Part shown: positions 9,490-18,081 of the stretch, in pieces
Layout: every line of letters begins with the position of its first letter
Position numbering within the stretch: the first letter of the stretch is position 1
NCBI GenBank assembly: GCA_963662665.2
Contig: CAXXJS010000025.1
Location: 84,845-148,844, forward strand
Reading direction: 5' to 3'
DNA length: 64,000 nucleotides
From: Candidatus Latescibacterota bacterium
Lineage (GTDB): Bacteria; Latescibacterota; UBA2968; GCA-2709665
Notes under the pieces: generated by a model
Seen by the model: only the letters and a program-made list of their open reading frames with translations
Database searches by the model: none
Told to the model about the DNA's origin: nothing
Translations under genes and position numbers: made by a program

Positions 9490-11060
9490 TCGACGTGGCG
9501 GCGGACCGGACGCTGTATCTGGATTTCGCGGGATTCGCCGGAGAACAGCCGGACCGGGAGTGGATGGTGTACGAACGGGGCGACGGGCGTGTTTTCCGGT
9601 GGACGTACGCCGCGTTCCTGAAGCGCGTGCACCAGGCCGCCAATCTCCTGCGTGAGTTGGGAATCCGCCCCGGAGACGTCTTCAATCTGCATCTGTCCAA
9701 CCATCCGGCCTACGCGCAGCTGATACTTGCCGCGTCGCACCTCGGGGCGACGGCGATGCCCACGAATCCGGCTTCCACCGCGGATGAACTGGGGTATCTC
9801 GTTGCCCATTCCGAGAGCAGGGCGATATTCACGGAGGCAGGATGCCTTAACGTGGCGGACCGGATTGCCGCGGACGCGAATATCGTTCCGATGGTGTGCA
9901 ATACGGGTGAACCGATACCTGTCGGATATCCGGTTTATGAAGACGCGCTTTCCGGACAGAGCATCGAACCACCGGATGGGTCCGGCTCGTCGGAGCGCGT
10001 CGTGCAACTCATGTACACGTCGGGTACCACATCGCGGCCCAAAGGGGTGATGCTGACCAATGCCTGTTTCGTCTATGGCGCGGAAGTTTTCGCCGCGGGC
10101 TCGGGGTTGCGGCGGGAGGACAGGCACCTGGTGGCGCTCCCGCTCTTTCACGCCGGCGCGCAGTGCCACGCGTTGTGGCCGTCCCTGGTGACCGGCGCGA
10201 GCGTTGCGGTGATGGCCCGTTTCAGCGCGAGCCGGTTCTTCGAGCAGGCCATTGAATACGGGTGTACCATGGCCGCCATGTTCGGAGCATTGTTGCGGAT
10301 GCTGTTGAACCGGCCGGAGCGCGAAACCGACGCGGCCCACGGGATCCGCAACGTCACCTTCGCCCAGAATCTGACTCCGGCGCAGTACGGGGCCTGGCAC
10401 CGGAGGTTCAGGGCGCCGTTACAGCAGTTGTGGGGAATGACGGAAACGTGCGGGCTCCCCCTGATGAGCCCATTGACGGGCGGGCGCAACCTCGCGGCGA
10501 TGGGAAAGCCGGTGCCCGGGTATGAAGTGAAGGTCGTTGACGAAAAGGGTGAGGAGGCGGGTGCCGGTACGCCGGGCGAAGTGATCGTAAAGGGTGTTCC
10601 GGGACGGACGATCATGCTGGGTTATCTGAAGAATCCCAGGGCAACGGCGGAAACCCTTCGAAGCCGTCCGGACGGCACCTGGCTGCATTCAGGCGATACG
10701 GTACGTGCGGATGAAGACGGGTTCCTGTATTTTCTGGACCGGGGAAAGGATCTGATCAGGCGGTCCGGCGAAAATATCTCAAGCATCGAGGTGGAGGGCG
10801 TGATTCAGGAATGCGACGGCGTCGAGGACGTCTGCGTGGTGGGCGTGCCCGATGAGATTCGGGATGAACGCGTCGTCGCGGCCGTCGTATCGGAACCGGA
10901 AGCGGACTTGAGCGGGGAAGCGATACGGACGTATTGCGCCGAACGGCTCGCGGCGTTCAAGGTGCCCGACCGGATCGAGTTCGTGGATGCATTGCCGAGA
11001 ACGTCGGTCGGTAAAATCCGGAAGCAGGTCGTACGCGACCTGTTGGCATCGGCGGCGTGA
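9486..11060 (+). CDS. AMP-dependent acyl-CoA synthetase/ligase (ANL superfamily)
   Basis: AMP-binding signature MYTSGTTSRPKGVML is present, followed by WGMTE, GDTVRADEDGFLYFLDRGKD, and the C-terminal PRTSVGKIRK lysine motif. Confidence 0.9.
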   Translation: MIDVAADRTLYLDFAGFAGEQPDREWMVYERGDGRVFRWTYAAFLKRVHQAANLLRELGIRPGDVFNLHLSNHPAYAQLILAASHLGATAMPTNPASTADELGYLVAHSESRAIFTEAGCLNVADRIAADANIVPMVCNTGEPIPVGYPVYEDALSGQSIEPPDGSGSSERVVQLMYTSGTTSRPKGVMLTNACFVYGAEVFAAGSGLRREDRHLVALPLFHAGAQCHALWPSLVTGASVAVMARFSASRFFEQAIEYGCTMAAMFGALLRMLLNRPERETDAAHGIRNVTFAQNLTPAQYGAWHRRFRAPLQQLWGMTETCGLPLMSPLTGGRNLAAMGKPVPGYEVKVVDEKGEEAGAGTPGEVIVKGVPGRTIMLGYLKNPRATAETLRSRPDGTWLHSGDTVRADEDGFLYFLDRGKDLIRRSGENISSIEVEGVIQECDGVEDVCVVGVPDEIRDERVVAAVVSEPEADLSGEAIRTYCAERLAAFKVPDRIEFVDALPRTSVGKIRKQVVRDLLASAA

Positions 11061-11133
11061 CAGCGGGTTGCCCGGACGGAACCAAACGCACGAGTACACG
11101 CTGTCTTTTCAATTTAAATCGGGGGGCAACCAT

Positions 11134-11934
11134 ATGCAGTGGGTGATTTCGCAGGACCAGTGGAGCGATTATCACAGGGACGGGTTCCTGAAGATCGGCA
11201 GGCAATGCAGCATCGAGGAACTGGCCGGTCTGCAGCGGCGGATCGACGAAATCATGCTGGGCCGGGCGCCGCTGGATTACAACCGGCTGACGATGCAACT
11301 GGATCCGAACACGGACCGTTACGAAGAGGTGCGGGGCGGCGGAAAGGGACATCAGGGCGCGAGTCTGGGTTATCGGAAGATTCAGGGACTGGAGTACGAC
11401 GCATCATTTCTGGCTTATCTGAGGAAGCCGGTTTTCAGGGAAATCTGCGCGTATGTCTACGGAGCCCACGCGTCCATCGCGTGTTTCCGGGCGATGTTCA
11501 TGAACAAACCGGCGAAACAGGGATCCGACCTGCCCTGGCATCAGGACGGCGGGGGTTCGTGGAATCTGGATCGGGATCCGCTGGTCACGGTCTGGACGGC
11601 GCTGGATCCGGCCAGACCGGAGAATGGATGCGTACAGGTCGTGCCGGGTTCGCACCAGTTGGGAATTCTGAGCGAGCAGGGACATACGATAACGGGTGAG
11701 CATGAACGGGAATTCTGTCCCGAAGACAGAATCGTGGACCTGACGATGGAGCCGGGAGAGGTGGTGATCCTGCACAACTGGCTGCTGCACCGGTCCGGCG
11801 TGAACCAGGTGGATATCGCCAGGCGGGCATTCAGCGTGTGTTATATCGACGCGCGAACCCGTTCGAGCCGCAAGGCCTCATTCTCGACGATCTTCGGAAA
11901 GGACGCATTGATTCCCGAACAGGTCGCGGCATAG
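11134..11934 (+). CDS. phytanoyl-CoA dioxygenase (PhyH) family Fe(II)/2OG oxygenase
   Basis: N-terminal YHRDGFLKIG, WHQDGG (HxD facial triad) and C-terminal ILHNWLLHRSGVN are present. ATG 11134 is preceded by a G-rich SD. Confidence 0.65.
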   Translation: MQWVISQDQWSDYHRDGFLKIGRQCSIEELAGLQRRIDEIMLGRAPLDYNRLTMQLDPNTDRYEEVRGGGKGHQGASLGYRKIQGLEYDASFLAYLRKPVFREICAYVYGAHASIACFRAMFMNKPAKQGSDLPWHQDGGGSWNLDRDPLVTVWTALDPARPENGCVQVVPGSHQLGILSEQGHTITGEHEREFCPEDRIVDLTMEPGEVVILHNWLLHRSGVNQVDIARRAFSVCYIDARTRSSRKASFSTIFGKDALIPEQVAA

Positions 11935-11988
11935 GCAGAAGACGTGAAATGCATATATAGAAACCAAACGTGTCCATACGTGGTCATT

Positions 11989-12060
11989 GAGCCTGTCGAA
12001 AGGACCGGGGACGGAAGACGCAAGTCGGGAGAGATTGCCTGCCCTGTGAGGTATCAGTTC
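11989..12060 (+). repeat. intergenic mosaic repeat, copy C (GAGCCTGTCGAAAGG module plus 45-bp GAGAGATTGCCTGCCC module)
   Basis: 12015..12059 matches the reverse complement of 16286..16330 at 39/45 positions by hand alignment. 11989..12003 matches 16464..16478 at 14/15. Confidence 0.7.
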
Positions 12061-12155
12061 AGACCGGAGGCATAGAGGAAGAGCAGATCAAGCGAGGACT
12101 TCCTCTACCGGCTACCGTTTCACGTCTTCATGCCTTTTCACGAGGGAGCGTTTCA

Positions 12156-13292
12156 ATGATAATTGATTCACACGCCTATTGTTTCGAACCGGGAGATGAT
12201 CCGGCCGGATTCGAAAGCAGCGGGGCACACCTTAAATGGGTCCAGGAAGCCCAGGGCCTTCACCATCAGCCGGCCTGGCGCGTGCGGGACCGGGCGCCGG
12301 CGACGTCGGACGGATTGATTCCTGCGGATTACGAGTCGTGGAAGGAACTGCCCGACGTGGACTTCCGCGTGGACGGACAGAAAGGCCGGGTGGTCTGGAC
12401 GATCGCAGGAGAAGACTATACCAAGCAGTTCTATCCTCCCAATTTGAGAAACCTGGAGTTTACACCGCACAGCCTCATTGCGGAGATGGACTACGCGGAC
12501 GTCGACGTGGCGCTTATCCACACGAATCCGATGCTGACACGCAACAGTGAATTTCTGGCCGATTGCGTGCGACATTACCCGGACCGGCTCCGTTCTATGG
12601 CGCCGGTGGACGAATGGCGCATCCGTACCGATACGGACGCGGTGATTCAGGAACTGCTGACATCCATACAGGCACATGGTCTTCACGCCATCAAGTTCAA
12701 CGCGCGGCCGGCCTACTTCGCCGGTCCTGAACCGTGGGATGCGGCATCCTGCCGTCCGTTCTGGGATGCCGCCACGTCTCTTGACGTGCCGATTTTCTTC
12801 ACTCTGGGATCCGGACCGGGCGACGTGACCCGGCGAATGACGCCCGAAAGCGCCCGCGAGGGATATCTGGATGAGCAGAAGGTCCTGATCCGCTGGATGG
12901 AACGCTATCCGGATTCGGTGGTGAACCTCACGCACGGATTCCCCTGGCGCGCGTTTGTTTCAGACGGTGTATTTCTGCCGATGCCGCCGGAGATCTGGTT
13001 GCCGTTCAAAAACCCGAATTGCAATCTGGAGGTCTGCTTTCCCGTGCGCATTGGAGACTGGTTCGACTTCCCCTACCGGGAGGTGTGGCCGGTGCTGGAG
13101 GCAATGGTCGCCAACGTGGGCGCGGATCATCTGAACTGGGGTACGGATATGCCGTTTCAGAACCGGTTCTGCACTTATCGGCAGTCCAGGCGATGGATCG
13201 AGAAGCATTGCGAGTGTTTAAGCTACGACGATCTGAACATGATTTTGGGCGGGACCACCGCGAGGATTCTGGGAATCGACTCGAACAAGTGA
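12156..13292 (+). CDS. amidohydrolase-2 family metal-dependent hydrolase
   Basis: 378-aa ORF with GGGAG SD. The N-terminal MIIDSHAY is the first metal-binding strand of TIM-barrel amidohydrolases. A later HGFPW and WGTDMPF (Asp ligand region) are present. Confidence 0.6.
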   Translation: MIIDSHAYCFEPGDDPAGFESSGAHLKWVQEAQGLHHQPAWRVRDRAPATSDGLIPADYESWKELPDVDFRVDGQKGRVVWTIAGEDYTKQFYPPNLRNLEFTPHSLIAEMDYADVDVALIHTNPMLTRNSEFLADCVRHYPDRLRSMAPVDEWRIRTDTDAVIQELLTSIQAHGLHAIKFNARPAYFAGPEPWDAASCRPFWDAATSLDVPIFFTLGSGPGDVTRRMTPESAREGYLDEQKVLIRWMERYPDSVVNLTHGFPWRAFVSDGVFLPMPPEIWLPFKNPNCNLEVCFPVRIGDWFDFPYREVWPVLEAMVANVGADHLNWGTDMPFQNRFCTYRQSRRWIEKHCECLSYDDLNMILGGTTARILGIDSNK

Positions 13293-13303
13293 GGAATGCG
13301 CGC

Positions 13304-15160
13304 ATGGTGAAGAAGGGTGCGGATCAGGAGATGAACTGGGATCTGACGAGTTATTTTCCGGCGTTCAACGGGCCGGAGATGGCACAGTTCAAGGAAGCGC
13401 TGGACAGCGATACGCAGGATCTGTTGAGCCGGGCGAAAACGCTGGCGCCGCTGGTCGACGACAACGTCGATGCCTGGGAGGAAGTCTTCCTCCAAAGCGA
13501 AAATCTCTTCACGCGGCTTCGTCATATCGGATCCTACGTGGGATGTCTGACGGCGGCCGATGCCCGGAACGAAGCCTACCTGAAAGAAGAAGCCGCGTTG
13601 ACGCTGCTATACGCGGAGGGCTCCAAGCTCCAGAACGAACTGCTTCGGGGTTTGAAGACGGCTTCGGACGGCAGCTTCGCTGCGCTTGCCGGCCGGGAGG
13701 CGCTTTCGGACGCCGGCTTTTTCCTTGGTCGGATGCGCCGGGAGGCGCGTTACACGATGGATTCGGAGCGGGAAGCGCTCGCGGCCGACCTGCGGGTGGA
13801 CGGGTTATCGGCGTGGGGCCGGCTTTACGATACCCTCTCCGGAAAGCTGGAGTTCGAAATGCGGTTTCCGGATGAACGCACCGAAAAACTGCCGATTTCG
13901 CAGCGGCGGTCGTTGATGGAAAATCCGGACCGGCGGGTCCGGCAGGCCGCGTTCGAGGGGGGCAACGCCGCGTGGGAAAGCGTTGAAGACGTAGCGGCGG
14001 CCGCCTTGAACGCGATATCCGGCACGCGACTCACGCTGAACAGGTATCGGGAGGTCCCGCATTTTCTGGAGGTGGCCCTGTTCCAGTCCGCTATAACGAG
14101 GAAGACGCTGGATGCGATGTTCGAGGCGATATTTTCCGAAGTCGAGGTCGGGCGGCGGATCCTGCGTTTCAGGGCGAAGGCGATGGACGTAGAAAAGGTG
14201 GCCTGGTATGACCTCGGAGCGCCGCTTCCGTTTCCCGATGTCTCGCCGATGGATTGGGAGGAAGGCACTCGCCTGGTTCAGGGTGCGTTCGCCAGAGCGT
14301 ATCCGGCCCTGGGGGAGTTTACTCAGGCCATGTACGACAAGCGGTGGATCGACTACGAACCGCGCGCGGGCAAACGCCCGGGCGGTTTCTGCACCGGATC
14401 GTCGATGATCGCAGAGTCAAGAATCTTTATGACGTACAACCGTACCATGGGGGATGCTCTGACGCTGGCTCACGAAGCCGGGCACGCGTTTCACAGCCAC
14501 GTGATGCGCGATTTGCGTCCTTTCGCCCAAGGGTACCCGATGACGCTGGCGGAGTCGGCATCCACGTTCGCGGAGATGATTCTGGCCGACGGGGTCCTTT
14601 CCGACCCGGACGTGGATGACCTTCAGAAGGCCGTGGTCCTGGATTCGGAGGTGGGGCACGCGGGCGCCTATCTCCTGGACATTCCGGTGCGATTCGAATT
14701 TGAAAAAGCGCTTTACGAAGAACGCGGCGACGGTGAACTGACAGTGTCTCAGTTGAAAGCGCTGATGACCGAAAAGCAACGGGGCGTATTCGGCGACGTG
14801 CTTCAGGAGGGTGGCGAGGATTCCTGGTTCTGGGCATCCAAGCTGCATTTCTACATTACGGGGGTCACGTTTTACAATTTCCCTTATACGTTCGGCTATT
14901 TGTTGAGCCGGGGTCTGTTTGCGATGTTCAAGAATGAAGGTCCCGATTTCCTGCCCCGGTACGAGAGGTTTCTGCGTTTAACGGGCAGCGACACAGCTGA
15001 ACACGTGGCGAAACGCAGCACCGGCGGCAACCTCGAACAGCCGGACTTCTGGGTGCGGGCGATCCGCAGCCTGGAGGAGCCGCTGGCGCAACTGGAGTTG
15101 CTCTTGCCCCGTGTGTTTCCAGCGGGCGATGACGGAACATCCCGCGGCGCCGACGGCTAA
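13304..15160 (+). CDS. M3B oligoendopeptidase F family (PepF-like)
   Basis: HEAGHAFH zinc motif (HExxH) is present in a ~618-aa protein, with NWDLTSYF near the N-terminus typical of PepF. The ORF is open from 13019 but overlaps the previous gene. GAGGAA SD lies before ATG 13304. Confidence 0.8.
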   Translation: MVKKGADQEMNWDLTSYFPAFNGPEMAQFKEALDSDTQDLLSRAKTLAPLVDDNVDAWEEVFLQSENLFTRLRHIGSYVGCLTAADARNEAYLKEEAALTLLYAEGSKLQNELLRGLKTASDGSFAALAGREALSDAGFFLGRMRREARYTMDSEREALAADLRVDGLSAWGRLYDTLSGKLEFEMRFPDERTEKLPISQRRSLMENPDRRVRQAAFEGGNAAWESVEDVAAAALNAISGTRLTLNRYREVPHFLEVALFQSAITRKTLDAMFEAIFSEVEVGRRILRFRAKAMDVEKVAWYDLGAPLPFPDVSPMDWEEGTRLVQGAFARAYPALGEFTQAMYDKRWIDYEPRAGKRPGGFCTGSSMIAESRIFMTYNRTMGDALTLAHEAGHAFHSHVMRDLRPFAQGYPMTLAESASTFAEMILADGVLSDPDVDDLQKAVVLDSEVGHAGAYLLDIPVRFEFEKALYEERGDGELTVSQLKALMTEKQRGVFGDVLQEGGEDSWFWASKLHFYITGVTFYNFPYTFGYLLSRGLFAMFKNEGPDFLPRYERFLRLTGSDTAEHVAKRSTGGNLEQPDFWVRAIRSLEEPLAQLELLLPRVFPAGDDGTSRGADG

Positions 15161-15231
15161 TCATCGCCGTCGTTCCGTCGCGGCAGGTGGTGAGGGCAGT
15201 TTAACACGGAAATCACAGAGAGGAAAAGGAG

Positions 15232-16218
15232 ATGGGCGACAGCGTCCAATGGGGTATCCTGAGCACGGGTTCCATTGCCAGGTCGTTCGTGAAGGGCCTT
15301 GAGGCGGTTCCGGACGCGGAACCGGTTGCCGTGGGTTCGCGGACTCAACACGCGGCGGATGCGTTCGGAGACGAATTCGGCATTCCGAGGCGGCATCCGA
15401 ACTATGCGGCCCTGGCGAACGATCCGGACGTGGACGTCATCTACGTTGCCACCCCGCATTCCCTCCACAAAGAAAACAGTATCCTTTGTCTCAAGGCGGG
15501 GAAGCCGGTCTTGTGCGAAAAGCCCTTCACGATCAATCGTTCCGAGGCCGAAGAAATCGTCGCGGTTGCGCGTGAAGCAGGCCTTTTTCTGATGGAAGCC
15601 ATGTGGACGCGTTTTCTGCCGATCATGTACCAGGTGAGGCAGTGGATTCAGGACGGCGCGATCGGCGAGGTCCGCATGGTTTCGGCGGACTTCGGGTTCG
15701 GTTCCACTCCTGGCAGAACAAAGTCCCGTCTTTATGATCCCGCCCTGGGCGGCGGAGCGCTGATGGACGTGGGCATCTATTCGCTTTCATTCGCTTCCAT
15801 GGTGTTCCGGCGTCCGCCATCGCGGGTGATGAGTATGGCGCATATCGGCGAGCTTGAGGTGGACGAACAGGCGGGGATGATGCTCGGATACGACGCGGGA
15901 GAAATGGCGATGCTGTTTACGTCGATCCAGTGCGGCACGACTCACTGGGCGCATATTATGGGTACCGGTGGAGTGATCCGCATTCATCCGCCGTACTGGC
16001 GTGGAACCACCGCGACGCTGGTGAGAGACGGAAAGGAAACGGTAGTCGAGCGTCCCTACGACGGGAACGGGTACAACTGCCAGGCGGAAGCGGTGGGTCG
16101 TTACCTGAGGGAAGGAAAACTGGAAAGCGACGAGATTCCGCTGGACGAGACCGTGGCGATATTGGGCACGATGGACATGATCCGCGACCAGATAGGGCTG
16201 AAATTCCCGATGGAATGA
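15232..16218 (+). CDS. Gfo/Idh/MocA family NAD(P)-dependent oxidoreductase
   Basis: AAGGAG SD. N-terminal WGILSTGSIARSF Rossmann start and the VLCEKPF motif are present. Confidence 0.8.
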   Translation: MGDSVQWGILSTGSIARSFVKGLEAVPDAEPVAVGSRTQHAADAFGDEFGIPRRHPNYAALANDPDVDVIYVATPHSLHKENSILCLKAGKPVLCEKPFTINRSEAEEIVAVAREAGLFLMEAMWTRFLPIMYQVRQWIQDGAIGEVRMVSADFGFGSTPGRTKSRLYDPALGGGALMDVGIYSLSFASMVFRRPPSRVMSMAHIGELEVDEQAGMMLGYDAGEMAMLFTSIQCGTTHWAHIMGTGGVIRIHPPYWRGTTATLVRDGKETVVERPYDGNGYNCQAEAVGRYLREGKLESDEIPLDETVAILGTMDMIRDQIGLKFPME

Positions 16219-16285
16219 AGCGATGAGACGGGAGACGGTAGAAGACGTCGTTGCCCGATTGGTTTGTCCTTAATGCCATCGGCAG

Positions 16286-16330
16286 GAAATGATACCGCAC
16301 GGGGCAGGCAATCTCTCACGTCTTACGTCT
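16286..16330 (-). repeat. intergenic mosaic repeat module (inverted copy of 12015..12059)
   Basis: Hand alignment gives 39/45 identity to copy C on the opposite strand, with shared core GAGAGATTGCCTGCCC. Confidence 0.7.
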
Positions 16331-16396
16331 AGCGCGGCTTCGCTATGCTCAGCCGCAACCAGACAGGTGGCAATGATCGGGCGAGCCCGTTTGAAA

Positions 16397-16517
16397 GTTC
16401 AATCACTCCCCCCTTGAGGGGGAGTCGCAGAAGCCGAGCCGATCCCTGAGCATGCGTTGCCCTGAGCCTGTCGAAGGGTCGAAGGGCCGGCGAAGGCTGA
16501 TGCGGTGGGGGGATTTC
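16397..16517 (+). repeat. intergenic mosaic repeat, copy A (45-bp hairpin core plus two short modules)
   Basis: 16397..16441 is 45/45 identical to the reverse complement of 42799..42843. The core contains the hairpin CTCCCCC-CTTGA-GGGGGAG. GAGCCTGTCGAAGGG and GGCGAAGGCTGATGCGGTGGGG recur in copy B. Confidence 0.85.
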
Positions 16518-16661
16518 AACGCCTTACCGTATGCAAGCAGCATGATCAAACATCTACGCATCTTGCGTTGAAGGCTTACTGTAAGACTCTAACCTCTCAC
16601 CGCCTTTAACTGATCGCTGCTTTTCGATATTCCGAAACATACTATTTATGGTATATAACGA

Positions 16662-16677
16662 ATATCATATTTGATAT
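16662..16677. promoter_or_regulatory. perfect inverted repeat ATATCA-TATT-TGATAT abutting the SD of the aldo/keto reductase gene (candidate operator)
   Basis: Read directly at 16662..16677. It sits in an AT-rich stretch with TATATA/TATAAC-like -10 candidates, immediately 5' of GGAGG and ATG 16687. Confidence 0.35.
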
Positions 16678-16686
16678 GGAGGTCTC

Positions 16687-17658
16687 ATGAAATACGGACG
16701 TGTCGAGGGAATTGACAAACCGGTATCACGGCTCGTTCAGGGCACGCTGATGTTGTCAACGGACAATCTCGAGGGGGGTATCGCATTCCTTGACAGTGTC
16801 CGGGCACTGGGTTGCAACGGTTTCGATACCGCGCCGGTATACGGTAACGGACAGGCGGAGCGGGCGCTCGGCGCCTGGATGGACCGCCGCGGAAATCGAA
16901 GCGACGTATTCATTTTGAGCAAGGGTTGCCATCCCAATGCGGACCGCGGCCGCCGGGTGACCGTCTTCGATCTCGCTTCCGACCTGTTCGATTCGCTGGC
17001 GCGGCTGAAGACGGATTTCATCGATCTCTACCTGCTTCACCGGGACGATCCGGGAGTCCCGGTCGGGCCGCTCGTTGAAGCCCTGAACGAACACGTGTCC
17101 GAAGGGCGCATTCGTGCGTTCGGCGGCTCCAACTGGTCGGCGAATCGGATCCGCGAGGCGAATTGCTACGCGCGGAATCACGGCCTGAGGCCCTTCGTGG
17201 CCAGCAGCCCGAATTTCAGCCTCGCCGTGCGCGTCAAGGAAGTCTGGGAGGGCTGCCTGAGCATCTCCGGCCCTCAGGGCGCTGAGGAACGGGCCTGGTA
17301 TCGGGAATCGCAGATGCCCGTGTTTTCCTGGTCCAGCCTGGCGCAGGGCTTTTTCTCCGGTCTCCTGACGCGGGAGAACATCACAGGGATGGCGAGCGAA
17401 ATTACGGAAGGCTGCGCTCAGGTCTACGGGTACGAAGAAAACTTCGTGCGGCTGGAACGCGCGATCGAACTTGCCGGAGAACGCGGAAAGACCGTCGCGC
17501 AGATCGCACTTGCGTTTCTATACAACCAGCCACTGAACGTCTTCACGGTATCGGGCTGCAGGTCGGCTGAGGAAAGCCGTCTGAACCGGGAAGCCATGGC
17601 AGTCCGGTTGACGCCGGAGGAACTGGACTGGCTGGACCTTCGACGGGAGAAGCGGTGA
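16687..17658 (+). CDS. aldo/keto reductase family oxidoreductase
   Basis: 323-aa ORF with GGAGG SD. It contains FDTAPVYGNGQAERALG, LYLLHRDDP and GGSNW, typical of the AKR11/AKR-like family. Confidence 0.8.
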   Translation: MKYGRVEGIDKPVSRLVQGTLMLSTDNLEGGIAFLDSVRALGCNGFDTAPVYGNGQAERALGAWMDRRGNRSDVFILSKGCHPNADRGRRVTVFDLASDLFDSLARLKTDFIDLYLLHRDDPGVPVGPLVEALNEHVSEGRIRAFGGSNWSANRIREANCYARNHGLRPFVASSPNFSLAVRVKEVWEGCLSISGPQGAEERAWYRESQMPVFSWSSLAQGFFSGLLTRENITGMASEITEGCAQVYGYEENFVRLERAIELAGERGKTVAQIALAFLYNQPLNVFTVSGCRSAEESRLNREAMAVRLTPEELDWLDLRREKR

Positions 17659-17995
17659 GCGATAACGTGCAACCGGAGATTGATCCGTTCGTCTAAATCC
17701 TGCAGGAGTGCTTCGTGACGCATAACAATCCGTTGAAAAAGTCGCTCCGCAGGCGAGGTATGGTGTCCCGTCCCGGAAATATGTCATTGTGGCCGAAGAC
17801 AAGACGCGCGACCGCGTCGAATCGGGGATTCGGGGAGGGAGCGCAACGCAGTCATTCGGCCACAAGGGCCGGACGTAGCCCGGATGGACTTTTTCAACGG
17901 GCTAATAACGGTCGGGGCATTGAAGGTTCCCTACCCGATTCCCCCGAAAATTCAAGGTATACCCGCTTAAATGCGTCTCATGCGGCGCTTTAGGC

Positions 17996-18024
17996 TTGAC
18001 TGGAATCGGCAATGGGTCTAAATA
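17996..18024 (+). promoter_or_regulatory. sigma70-like promoter candidate for the REC-GDH/histidine kinase operon
   Basis: TTGACT (17996..18001), a 17-nt spacer, then TAAATA (18019..18024), about 58 nt upstream of ATG 18082. Confidence 0.4.
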
Positions 18025-18081
18025 TTCGATATACAACGGTCGTGTCTGAATCACACGTCGATTTGCGCGGACAACGGAACC

